DNA of 64,000 nt, from contig JAGVYD010000014.1 in NCBI GenBank assembly GCA_018303405.1, positions 9,350 to 73,349 on the forward strand, written 5' to 3'. The DNA comes from Candidatus Woesearchaeota archaeon. GTDB taxonomy: Archaea; Nanobdellota; Nanobdellia; Woesearchaeales; JABMPP01. The notes beneath the pieces were generated by a model. That model was not told the DNA's origin and did no database searches. It was given only the letters and a program-made list of their open reading frames with translations. The translations under genes were made by a program, and so were the position numbers. This document shows, piece after piece, positions 9,102-17,261 of the stretch. Each line of letters opens with the position of its first letter. Positions within the stretch are counted from its first letter, which is position 1.

Positions 9102-9584
9102 TTATTCTTGCAATATCCTAATCGTCTCTCTTTGCACTTTTAATATCAATTCTTTTATTCTTTTTAACTGCTGTAAATCAATGCTTGTTTCAACGCCATA
9201 AGTTGAAATTTCCCTGCTCTCTTTTACTGTTGGATTTGTGATGCTCTTTTCAACATCAAGTGTATCAAATTGAGTAACCAAGTCTTTATCCAAGTTCAGT
9301 TTCTTCTCGTTTATCAAAGTGAGCAAAACAGTTATCGTACAAGTCTGATTTCTTGACTCATGGCCATATTTGGCGAGGATTGCTAAAAAGCAGTGATATA
9401 TGGAATAAAAGCCGACATTTAAAGCCCAGTCATATATTTTCAACCTTTCAAGTGTTTGCGCTACACTATAATTATACTCTGACTTCTTAACGTGCTTTTG
9501 CGCCAAATCCAAATCTGGCTTTGTTTTTATCAGTCTTTTTGGACCTTTCAAACACCATTTTAGATGCTCGCCTATTTGCAGCAT
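9102..9584 (-). CDS. HEPN-domain protein, the putative toxin of an MNT-HEPN pair.
   Basis: All-helical 160 aa. The ...AQKHVKKSEYNYSVAQTLERLKIYDWALNVGFYSIYHCFLAIL... region is HEPN-like. It overlaps the upstream nucleotidyltransferase gene by 13 nt. Confidence 0.45.
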   Translation of the reverse strand: MLQIGEHLKWCLKGPKRLIKTKPDLDLAQKHVKKSEYNYSVAQTLERLKIYDWALNVGFYSIYHCFLAILAKYGHESRNQTCTITVLLTLINEKKLNLDKDLVTQFDTLDVEKSITNPTVKESREISTYGVETSIDLQQLKRIKELILKVQRETIRILQE

Positions 9585-10201
9585 TTTCTAACTACCTCAA
9601 CATATTTTTCAGGATTATGAAATACAAGACTCTCTGATAGTATACTATAAAAAATTTTGTCGTTTTTATTTAATGCAATATCCTTTTCTGCTATATCCAC
9701 ATATCTTATAGGTTTTTCAACTAATTCAGATTTTCTTATTTCATCCTTTATTTTTTTGATGTCGTTAGATTTTTTAGCATCATACATAAGCAAAATATCT
9801 ACATCGTTAAAATCCTTAGTTTTTATAGATGAACCAAAAATTAATCCCATTTCAATGCAGTCCTTAAATTTCTTCAAACTATGAGATACCACACTTAACC
9901 ATTTAGGGAAGTTTCTTTCTTCCAAACTCAGCATATACTCCATAAATTTTATTGCTAGCTTGTTGCCATATTCATAATAAAAAAAGACCGAATTCCCCAT
10001 GTCTTCTTTGGCTAATAGCTTTTTATCCACCAAAATATTACATAATTTATTAGCGTGAGCGTGATTTATATTCAAAATTCTAGCCAATTGCCTAGCGTTG
10101 TATCTATCCTTATAATGCTTAAACAGATAGTTGGCTATCTGAACTTCAATTTTTGTAAATTGTATGTTACTAACATCCATATGTATGCTGAAAACATACA
10201 T
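9572..10201 (-). CDS. Minimal nucleotidyltransferase (MNT) with an N-terminal wHTH, the putative antitoxin partner of the HEPN protein.
   Basis: NTase signature GSSIKTKDFNDVDIL (GS-x9-DxD). The gene order MNT then HEPN is operon-like. Confidence 0.6.
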   Translation of the reverse strand: MYVFSIHMDVSNIQFTKIEVQIANYLFKHYKDRYNARQLARILNINHAHANKLCNILVDKKLLAKEDMGNSVFFYYEYGNKLAIKFMEYMLSLEERNFPKWLSVVSHSLKKFKDCIEMGLIFGSSIKTKDFNDVDILLMYDAKKSNDIKKIKDEIRKSELVEKPIRYVDIAEKDIALNKNDKIFYSILSESLVFHNPEKYVEVVRKCCK

Positions 10202-10329
10202 AATATATAAATTTTATGATTTTAAGCCTATAATTTTTGCTTTTAGCATGAGTGTGCCCCTTTACTATTGTCCTTGTAAGTGCACAATTAACCGAAAATT
10301 TTATATATTACGTGCCCTTACAGCATCAT

Positions 10330-11268
10330 ATGGCTTATATCGAAATATTAAAACGAAATAAAAAAGAGTATTATTACCTCACAAAAAATATAAGGCTTAG
10401 TTTAAACAAATGGAAGAAGATAAGGGTGTTCTTAGGGGATAAGAAACCTTCAAAAGAAGAACTAAAAAAATATGCCCGAGAAATAGAGGATAAATCAAAA
10501 CCTTTTTCAAAAATCTCAAATTATACATATCTTTCAGAGCATGATGCAGAAACCTTGCAGGATTTAAAGGAAAGCTACACAACTTGGCTTAAACAAATTC
10601 CAAAAAGTGTCAAGGAAAAACTGAATGAGGATTTCGTAATACGTTTTACATACCATTCCAATGCAATTGAAGGCAATCGGCTTACATTAAGACAAACCGC
10701 CCTTATTCTAAAAGATAAGGTAATACCTTCTGGAATACGTGCAGAAGATTACAATGAAGCAATAAACGGAAAAGAATGTCTGGATTATATAAACTTGTAT
10801 AAAGGCGAATTAAACACAAAATTCCTTGAAAGAATAAATGGGATTCTAACAAAAAACACTGGAGTTGTTTATGGAGGAAGAATCAGATTTTTTGATGTAC
10901 AGATACAAGGTTCAACGCATGTTCCGCCACCTCATGCTGAAGTCAAAAAGCACTTGCTCAACTTCTCTAAATGGTATAGCGCAAATAAGAATAAACTACA
11001 CCCATTTGAATTAGCAGTATTGGTTCATGCAAAATTGGCATGGATACATCCCTTTGAGGATGGAAATGGCAGAACTGCAAGAACAGTTATGAATTTTATC
11101 TTAATGAAAAAGGGTTTCCCTATGTTTTTTATACCATTTGAGAAAAGAGAAGAGTACTATCAATCATTAGATATTGCCGATAAAGGAGAATATAAAGAAT
11201 ACATCTCCAGAATGCTTCAGTTAATTATAGACCAGATAAGAAGTTACGGGCACAATAAGAAAGAATAA
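10330..11268 (+). CDS. Fic/Doc-family protein (AMPylator-type).
   Basis: Canonical Fic motif HPFEDGNGRTAR, plus the upstream inhibitory helix motif SNAIEGN (S/TxxxEG/N). The start may be at 10252. Confidence 0.85.
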   Translation: MAYIEILKRNKKEYYYLTKNIRLSLNKWKKIRVFLGDKKPSKEELKKYAREIEDKSKPFSKISNYTYLSEHDAETLQDLKESYTTWLKQIPKSVKEKLNEDFVIRFTYHSNAIEGNRLTLRQTALILKDKVIPSGIRAEDYNEAINGKECLDYINLYKGELNTKFLERINGILTKNTGVVYGGRIRFFDVQIQGSTHVPPPHAEVKKHLLNFSKWYSANKNKLHPFELAVLVHAKLAWIHPFEDGNGRTARTVMNFILMKKGFPMFFIPFEKREEYYQSLDIADKGEYKEYISRMLQLIIDQIRSYGHNKKE

Positions 11269-11665
11269 TTCTTTGGATTGTGCACATACAATTACTTTTA
11301 ACAATAACTCCCCGATTCTTGCTACTATTTTTGTGAGTGTGCCCTTTGATTCTTGTCCTTAAAGTATCGCTTCGCTCTTTTGATTGGACTGTGCGCCCCT
11401 GCGTCATAGCTATCCCCGGGACATTCGTCAGTCGATCGATGCCGAGTATGGTCGACGTTTTGGCAAGGCTTGACCGACTCCGAAAAATGGGCTCTACTCT
11501 GAAGGTCTCCGTCTCATTTTTCTCCGTCCAAATTCCATAAAAAATGCCATGCATTTTTGGGCGCCAAAAACCGAGGGTTTTTAGTGTTTTTCTGCAAGAA
11601 AATTAAGTGACTGAAAACAAAAACTTTAATAAATATTCAAAGTTGTTTATAATAAAGGAGAAACT

Positions 11666-11941
11666 ATGACAAAAAAGTCCATCGCAAATGGTGTTGCGCA
11701 CAATGTGCCAGAAGATATAAAAAAAACTTTGTCTTCCAATTCAGACATCCTTGAAAAATGGAACAACCTTACTCTGATTCAACGTAATGAGTGGATTTGC
11801 TGGATTACCATAGTCAAAAAGCCGGAAACGAGGGTTGAACATATACAGCGGATGGTTGCGGAACTAAAAGAAGGCAAACGCCAACCCTGCTGTTGGCCTG
11901 GCTGCCCGCACCGCAGACCAAAGGCAAAAAAGTGGTTTTGA
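11666..11941 (+). CDS. YdeI/OmpD-associated family protein (DUF1801-related).
   Basis: ...ITIVKKPETRVEHIQRMVAELKEG... matches the conserved AKKPETRxKRI motif of the YdeI family. Confidence 0.55.
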   Translation: MTKKSIANGVAHNVPEDIKKTLSSNSDILEKWNNLTLIQRNEWICWITIVKKPETRVEHIQRMVAELKEGKRQPCCWPGCPHRRPKAKKWF

Positions 11942-12230
11942 CATACGTGGAGCACCAGCCCCTAACTTACGAAAACGTCGAGCTGGGTGAAAATGCCTTC
12001 TGATATTAGAAGGCTCGGCGGCGCCCTCTTTGCTGACCGCCGCTACGGCAATGTCTTCGTATATCACAACGGCGCGGAATCTTACTATGCCGCCAGGGCG
12101 TTCCGTGGCTCGCTAAGGGCCTGGATTTTACGCAGACAGCGAAGGTGGTAAACCTTGCTACACGCTTCAGAAAAGTAACATAGTTCTAATGCATGTGTTT
12201 AAGGGATACTGTGCGCTTTTGTTTTTCTAA

Positions 12231-12644
12231 TCAAACAAACGAAGAATGCGCAGGAGGGGGCAAATCAGCCTTCCCTAATTTGCGAATTCTAAGCTCCAGT
12301 TTGTTATAATCATCCTTGTGTATCCGGTTCTTGTCAAAAACATCTTTTGATGCGCGGAAATGTTTGGTTATATCATTGCCTTCCTTGCTCCACAGGTCCA
12401 GGAGGTCCTTGGCTTCTGTATATCTTGTGGCAGTTCTTTTGGCAACTTGAAAAACTTGACCTCTTGGGTTCGGGACAAACTCATAATAGTCATACAGGAT
12501 TTGATAAACATAATCCTGCCTCAGTCTTTCTGGAAAACGCTCATACACCAGATCATCTGCATTTATGGTGTACAATTCCTGGTGCACATTTAGGGGCTCG
12601 CTCACATCTGCCATTTTCTCACCCTTGCTTCTGTTCATGGGCAT
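12231..12644 (-). CDS. Hypothetical protein, paralog of the 12619-12993 protein.
   Basis: 137 aa. It overlaps the upstream paralog by 26 nt and has the same strand and architecture. No recognisable family. Confidence 0.45.
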   Translation of the reverse strand: MPMNRSKGEKMADVSEPLNVHQELYTINADDLVYERFPERLRQDYVYQILYDYYEFVPNPRGQVFQVAKRTATRYTEAKDLLDLWSKEGNDITKHFRASKDVFDKNRIHKDDYNKLELRIRKLGKADLPPPAHSSFV

Positions 12645-12993
12645 CCGCCTTGCCAGCCATTGGTACCTGGCGTATTTTCCTTATTTTCACTTCCAGATTT
12701 TCAAATGTATTGGTGTCAATCAGGCCATGTTCCAGCGTCCCCAAAGTCCATCTCAAATCATCAACAATCTCTTTGCCTATTTTCCTCCACAGGTGTTGGA
12801 TATTCATGGCATGGACCTGTATAGTCTCATCACGCCGATGCTCAATCCGGAACTGGGTGCCTATATATGCCTGGCCGCACGCAATGATAGGGTATGTTAC
12901 TTCGTAAAGGTATATGGGACGGGGAGTCTTCCGGTCATAGTATTTTTTAAGCGCGTCGGCCACTTTTATTGTCAGGTATTCTTGTTTTGCCAT
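12619..12993 (-). CDS. Hypothetical protein. It is paralogous to the adjacent downstream ORF.
   Basis: 124 aa. It shares N-terminal (YLTIKVADAL / LYTINADDLV) and C-terminal (NLEVKIRKIRQ / KLELRIRKLGK) blocks with the 12231-12644 protein. Confidence 0.45.
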   Translation of the reverse strand: MAKQEYLTIKVADALKKYYDRKTPRPIYLYEVTYPIIACGQAYIGTQFRIEHRRDETIQVHAMNIQHLWRKIGKEIVDDLRWTLGTLEHGLIDTNTFENLEVKIRKIRQVPMAGKADAHEQKQG

Positions 12994-13112
12994 ATTCTCA
13001 CCAATATTACTATTATATAATAGTTAATAGTGTATACCAATATTTAAAATTATTTAATAATTTTTCATAAAAAACAACAAAATTTATATAATAATTGTAG
13101 TAAAATAAGGAT

Positions 13113-14093
13113 ATGGGCAATTCGCAACTCAAATTGACAGCCATTGACAGAAAACTGCTTTATGAGCTGGATATGGATGCACGGCAGTCCATATCGGCGT
13201 TGGCAAAAAAAACCAGGTCAAGCCCCGCAGTCATTGAGTACCGGATGAAAAGGATGGAAAAATCAGGCCTGATCAGGAAGTATATCACCTTCCTTGATGC
13301 GGGCAAGCTGGGCCTGATGGTTTGGAATGTCTATCTTAAGCTGCAGAACGCCACAAGCAAGGAAGAAAAGGAAATCCTTGATTATCTCGCATCATTAAAA
13401 CGGACCTGGTGGGTGGCCTCCTGTTCAGGGAAGTGGGATATCATCTATAGCCTGTGCGTCAAGGATGTAAAGGAATTTTACTCAATTGCAGCTGATGTCC
13501 ATAACAGGTATGGGGAATTCATAACCGACCAAAACATAGAGGCGCATGCTGAAGTTGAGATAATTTCGCGCGGGTACTTCGTTAAGAAGGGAGGCATGGG
13601 CTCGACGTGGTACAAGGCAATAGAAAAAAGCATGATAGATGGCAAAGACCTGAAAATCCTCAAGGCCATTGCAGAAAATGCCAGGTTAATGTCGACAGAT
13701 GTGGCAAAAAAAACAGGATTGACATCAAGGATTGTGTCTTATCGCATAGCTGAGCTTCAAAAAAATGGGATCATCCATAGGTTCAGGCTGGTCTTGGATG
13801 TATCCAAGATAGGGATGAGCTTCTATAAGGTTGTGGTGCACCTGAAAAACTACACTGAAAGGAAAAATTTTGCCCTCAAGCAGCATTGCATTGACGAGGG
13901 GAATATATTCCATTATGAGCAGAAAATAGGCTCCTGGATGCTGGAGCTTGAGCTTGACGCCGGGAATTATGAATCAGCTGACAGGCAAATGAAAAGGATG
14001 AAGGAAAAGTTCCCTGATTTTATTAGGGACTATGAGCTTCTGCTGATTACCGGAGAGCCAAAGGCGGAATTGGACCTTACCAAGCAGATCTAA
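13113..14093 (+). CDS. Fused tandem Lrp/AsnC-like protein with two HTH plus RAM-like modules. It is a regulator or an AhbA/B- or NirDL-like siroheme-decarboxylase-fold protein.
   Basis: Two internal repeats each start with an AsnC-type HTH (LTAIDRKLLYELDMDARQSISALAKKT... and KDLKILKAIAENARLMSTDVAKKTGLTSR...). Each is followed by a beta-alpha-beta RAM-like region. Confidence 0.6.
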   Translation: MGNSQLKLTAIDRKLLYELDMDARQSISALAKKTRSSPAVIEYRMKRMEKSGLIRKYITFLDAGKLGLMVWNVYLKLQNATSKEEKEILDYLASLKRTWWVASCSGKWDIIYSLCVKDVKEFYSIAADVHNRYGEFITDQNIEAHAEVEIISRGYFVKKGGMGSTWYKAIEKSMIDGKDLKILKAIAENARLMSTDVAKKTGLTSRIVSYRIAELQKNGIIHRFRLVLDVSKIGMSFYKVVVHLKNYTERKNFALKQHCIDEGNIFHYEQKIGSWMLELELDAGNYESADRQMKRMKEKFPDFIRDYELLLITGEPKAELDLTKQI

Positions 14094-14171
14094 AGAAACA
14101 CCACATCGGGCATGGTCATTGTTCACCTGGGAATAAATAAACTTTAAATAGGTGTCCATGGTTAATTTTTT

Positions 14172-15359
14172 ATGACTAGGGAGGCCTCACATTACCTTGT
14201 AAAATCAATTGTGCAGGCAGTAAAGCCTTGGTTTCAGTCGGAACAGATTATTGCAGTTCTGGAAAGAGTTATCAGCGAGAATCCGAAACTTGTCTTCAAA
14301 GCCGGAATTAATCACCTTATGCGCGTTCCGAGGATATGGCAGAATTCTGAAAAATTCGAAGCAAAATACAAATTTCCAGGGCCCAGGGTCATTTTTATTA
14401 ACCCTGGTGAATATTGTCAGCTTCAATGCGATGGCTGCGGTACGCATGACAAATCAACTGAAAAACTTAAATTAGAAGAGATGGATTCCATTGTAAACCA
14501 GGCAAAAGAACTTGGTTCACATTCTATTGTTCTTCTGGGCAAAGAACCCCTCCACCCAAAAACTTCGGATGATGTTTATAGCCTGATTGACAATCACAGA
14601 GACATGTTCTTCTTTGTTTTTACAAACGCAATAAATTTAGAAAATAGATTCGTCGATTTAACGCAAAAAAATGCTAATATTTTTTGGAATTTGAGCGCTG
14701 ACGGAATTGGGGAATATTCTGAAAGGTCGCGTGGGAGAGGATCCTTCAGGTTTGTCGAGGATGCAATGGACAGGTTGCATAAAGCGAAGATTCCGTACGG
14801 AATCTCCTTTACTGTAAGAGAACATAACCAGGACCATCTTTCAGATCCGGAGACACTGAAATTTTTCAATGATAATGGGGCAGTTGTGGCTCTTTTTTTT
14901 CCTTACGGTCCGGCAAATGGTTGGTATAAGGGTGTGATGATGACATCTAAAGAGCGAGCTGCATTTGACGAAAGAATTAAGCATATCCAGGATGAAACGC
15001 CGATGGTTTTGATAAATTATGTTGACAGGTTGAAATATGCTGGTTGCGCAGCGGGCAGAGGGCATTTTTATGTAAGGTCTTCAGGAGAAGTGTTGCCTTG
15101 CTTTACAACCAGCTTCTCAATGGGCAATGTTAAAGAAACACCATTGGAGCAAATAATTACTTCTCCGGCAGCGAGACAATTTCGTGAATTGCATGAAGAA
15201 GGTGGGAATGCCTGCCTGGTTCTAAATCTGCCTCATCGCATTATGGACCTTGCAAGGCAGCAAAATTTGCCGCAGACAGATCCTACTGTTGCAAATGTCG
15301 CAAGATTAATTGCAGATGATCCTCTATACAGACAGGAATATCATGCAGGACCGAAATAA
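14172..15359 (+). CDS. Radical SAM enzyme with an ~80-aa N-terminal extension and a C-terminal twitch/partial-SPASM-like Cys region.
   Basis: CX3CX2C motif CQLQCDGC at ~aa 83-90. C-terminal ...AGCAAGRGHFYVRSSGEVLPCF...GGNAC resembles an auxiliary-cluster (SPASM/twitch) domain. Confidence 0.7.
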   Translation: MTREASHYLVKSIVQAVKPWFQSEQIIAVLERVISENPKLVFKAGINHLMRVPRIWQNSEKFEAKYKFPGPRVIFINPGEYCQLQCDGCGTHDKSTEKLKLEEMDSIVNQAKELGSHSIVLLGKEPLHPKTSDDVYSLIDNHRDMFFFVFTNAINLENRFVDLTQKNANIFWNLSADGIGEYSERSRGRGSFRFVEDAMDRLHKAKIPYGISFTVREHNQDHLSDPETLKFFNDNGAVVALFFPYGPANGWYKGVMMTSKERAAFDERIKHIQDETPMVLINYVDRLKYAGCAAGRGHFYVRSSGEVLPCFTTSFSMGNVKETPLEQIITSPAARQFRELHEEGGNACLVLNLPHRIMDLARQQNLPQTDPTVANVARLIADDPLYRQEYHAGPK

Positions 15360-15426
15360 TTCCTGTTTAACCATTCTCCCTCGTAAAATCACAATATTTA
15401 AAAACACCAAAGTTATTTTACCGTCG

Positions 15427-15567
15427 ATGCCAAAGAAATGCATTATATGCGAAGGCCCTGCAGTCTTTTCAATTAGGGGCACGAATGATTTTTACTGCTT
15501 CGAGTGCGCAACGGAGAATTTTGCAGACATCAGCGTCCTCGAAAAGCTTGAAGCGCCTCAGCAATAA
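15427..15567 (+). CDS. 46-aa zinc-ribbon-like peptide (CxxC-x18-CxxC) directly downstream of the radical SAM gene.
   Basis: MPKKCIICEGPAVFSIRGTNDFYCFECATENFADISVLEKLEAPQQ. An AT-rich TATA-like box (atatttaaaaa) lies ~30 nt upstream. The longer ORF-track start at 15310 overlaps the rSAM gene. Confidence 0.4.
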   Translation: MPKKCIICEGPAVFSIRGTNDFYCFECATENFADISVLEKLEAPQQ

Positions 15568-15620
15568 AAAGTATTAAATACCGCTGATTCTAAAAAACAA
15601 GTGCTTGCGGAGGGTTCACC

Positions 15621-17039
15621 ATGGTCTTGGAGCATTTTCGGCGAAAGATGAAGGCTAATCATGGTTTGCTGGAGAACACCATGATAATAGCGGTCACTTC
15701 AGTGCTTGCGAACATGTTCAATTATATCTTTTATTTTTACACTGCAAGAAAGCTTGGCCCTGAGCAGTACAGCGTCTTCGGGGCGCTGCTTTCCATATAT
15801 TTCATATTCTTCTTTCTTACGAACATAATGAACTATATTGTGATTCAATACGTCTCCTATTTCCGTGCAAAGACACAGTTTGACAAGATCAGGAGGATGT
15901 TTGACCTTACAACAAAGTCCATGACAATAGTGGGTTTCTCCATATTTCTTGCCCTGGTTATATTGAGCGCGCCAATAAGGCATTTCATAAAGCACGACTC
16001 CATTGTGCCGATTGTGTTCCTTGGGCTGTTTATCTGGGCTTATGTCATCCTTGCAACATTTTTTGGCATGCTTAACGGGAACCAGAAATTCAGGTTTCTG
16101 GGCGCCGGAAGGGTGACAGATGGTTTTTTCACCCTGGTCTTCGGCGCAGTCTTCCTCAGCCTCGGCATGGGAGTCTCAGGCGCCCTGCTCGGCCTTTTCT
16201 TTGCGGCCCTGCTTACAATCCCGTTTGTGATTGTGCCGCTGAAATTCCTCTTTTCCATCCAGCCGGCAAGGATTGGCGATGTTGGCATACTGCCTTACAT
16301 CCTGAAGTCAATCGGCCTTTCGCTTATAATTGGCATCATGCTGAATATTGACGTGATAATGGTTAAGATATTTTTTACCAGCCTGGACGCGGGCTATTTT
16401 GCAGCTGCATCGCTGATGGGCAAGATTATATTCTTTGTGTCAACAGGGATGCTCTCTGTGATGTTCCCCAAGGCAGCGGAATTGCACAGCAATGGTGAGG
16501 ACAGCAGCCCTTTGCTCAAGGATGCCTTGACCTACACTGCAACAATCGGTTTTTCCATAACCTTGCTCTACCTGGTATTCCCTAATTTTTTTGCGCACAT
16601 ACTTTTCAGCGCTGATTACAAAATAGCAAATCTGATAGGCCTTTATGCGCTGAGCACGACATTTCTTGCGCTTACAAATGTGTTTGTGATGTACAACATG
16701 GCAATCAAAAGATTTTCAACTGCCTTTACATTGCTGCCCTTTGCTGTCCTTGAGATAGTGGTCATAAGCGTTTTCCGCAGCTCGTTGTTTGTGGTGCTTT
16801 CCCTTATGTGCCTGACTATGTTCCTCGCATTTGTCTCGATTGTTTATTTCAACCAGGAGGAATTCCTCAAGATGTTCAGGAAAACAACAGGCTACAGGAA
16901 GTATCCTGTCTCGGCCTATTTGCGGCTCAAGACAGAGTCCGACAGTAATAATAACCGGCACACTTCATCCAGGAAAATCAAGATGGAAGAGCTGGATGAG
17001 TTTCTCGATTTGAGCGACATCCCGGATAAAAAAGAGTGA
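15621..17039 (+). CDS. MOP-superfamily (Wzx/MATE-like) polytopic exporter/flippase.
   Basis: 472 aa with ~12-14 TM helices and a hydrophilic C-terminal tail. The topology is typical of oligosaccharide or peptide exporters. Confidence 0.55.
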   Translation: MVLEHFRRKMKANHGLLENTMIIAVTSVLANMFNYIFYFYTARKLGPEQYSVFGALLSIYFIFFFLTNIMNYIVIQYVSYFRAKTQFDKIRRMFDLTTKSMTIVGFSIFLALVILSAPIRHFIKHDSIVPIVFLGLFIWAYVILATFFGMLNGNQKFRFLGAGRVTDGFFTLVFGAVFLSLGMGVSGALLGLFFAALLTIPFVIVPLKFLFSIQPARIGDVGILPYILKSIGLSLIIGIMLNIDVIMVKIFFTSLDAGYFAAASLMGKIIFFVSTGMLSVMFPKAAELHSNGEDSSPLLKDALTYTATIGFSITLLYLVFPNFFAHILFSADYKIANLIGLYALSTTFLALTNVFVMYNMAIKRFSTAFTLLPFAVLEIVVISVFRSSLFVVLSLMCLTMFLAFVSIVYFNQEEFLKMFRKTTGYRKYPVSAYLRLKTESDSNNNRHTSSRKIKMEELDEFLDLSDIPDKKE

Positions 17040-17054
17040 CGCAAGGGATCTTAA

Positions 17055-17218
17055 GGTGCTATAGAAAATGTAAGTCTTGCCATCGTTTATGCGAGCATTT
17101 CAATGCCACAGAAGCACATGCAAAGGAGATTGCAAGAGGAATTTGCATCTTCACGCTGAGCCAGAGCATGCGAGCTGATGGCAAGACCGAGGCGTTAGCC
17201 GAGATTTTCTACAGCGCT
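17055..17218 (+). mobile_element. MITE-like element, copy A (164 bp), with ~14-nt terminal inverted repeats and an 8-bp imperfect target-site duplication.
   Basis: TIRs GGTGCTATAGAAAAT / GATTTTCTACAGCGC. Flanks ATCTTAAG / ATCTTGAG. About 90% identical to the reverse complement of 53784-53948. Confidence 0.75.
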
Positions 17219-17261
17219 CAATCTTGAGCAAAGTTTCTATATTGGAGTCAAAAGAAAAACA

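Noticed and set aside
12347-13020. Plus-strand ORFs of 186, 77 and 151 aa
   Set aside because: They are antisense to the paralogous pair 12231-12993 and have Cys/Trp-rich composition. They are not credible.
17036-17227. 63-aa ORF (and its relative at 53781..54068) with a CxxC...CEHF motif
   Set aside because: Both are translations of the MITE repeat copies. The peptide similarity reflects nucleotide repeat identity, not a protein family.
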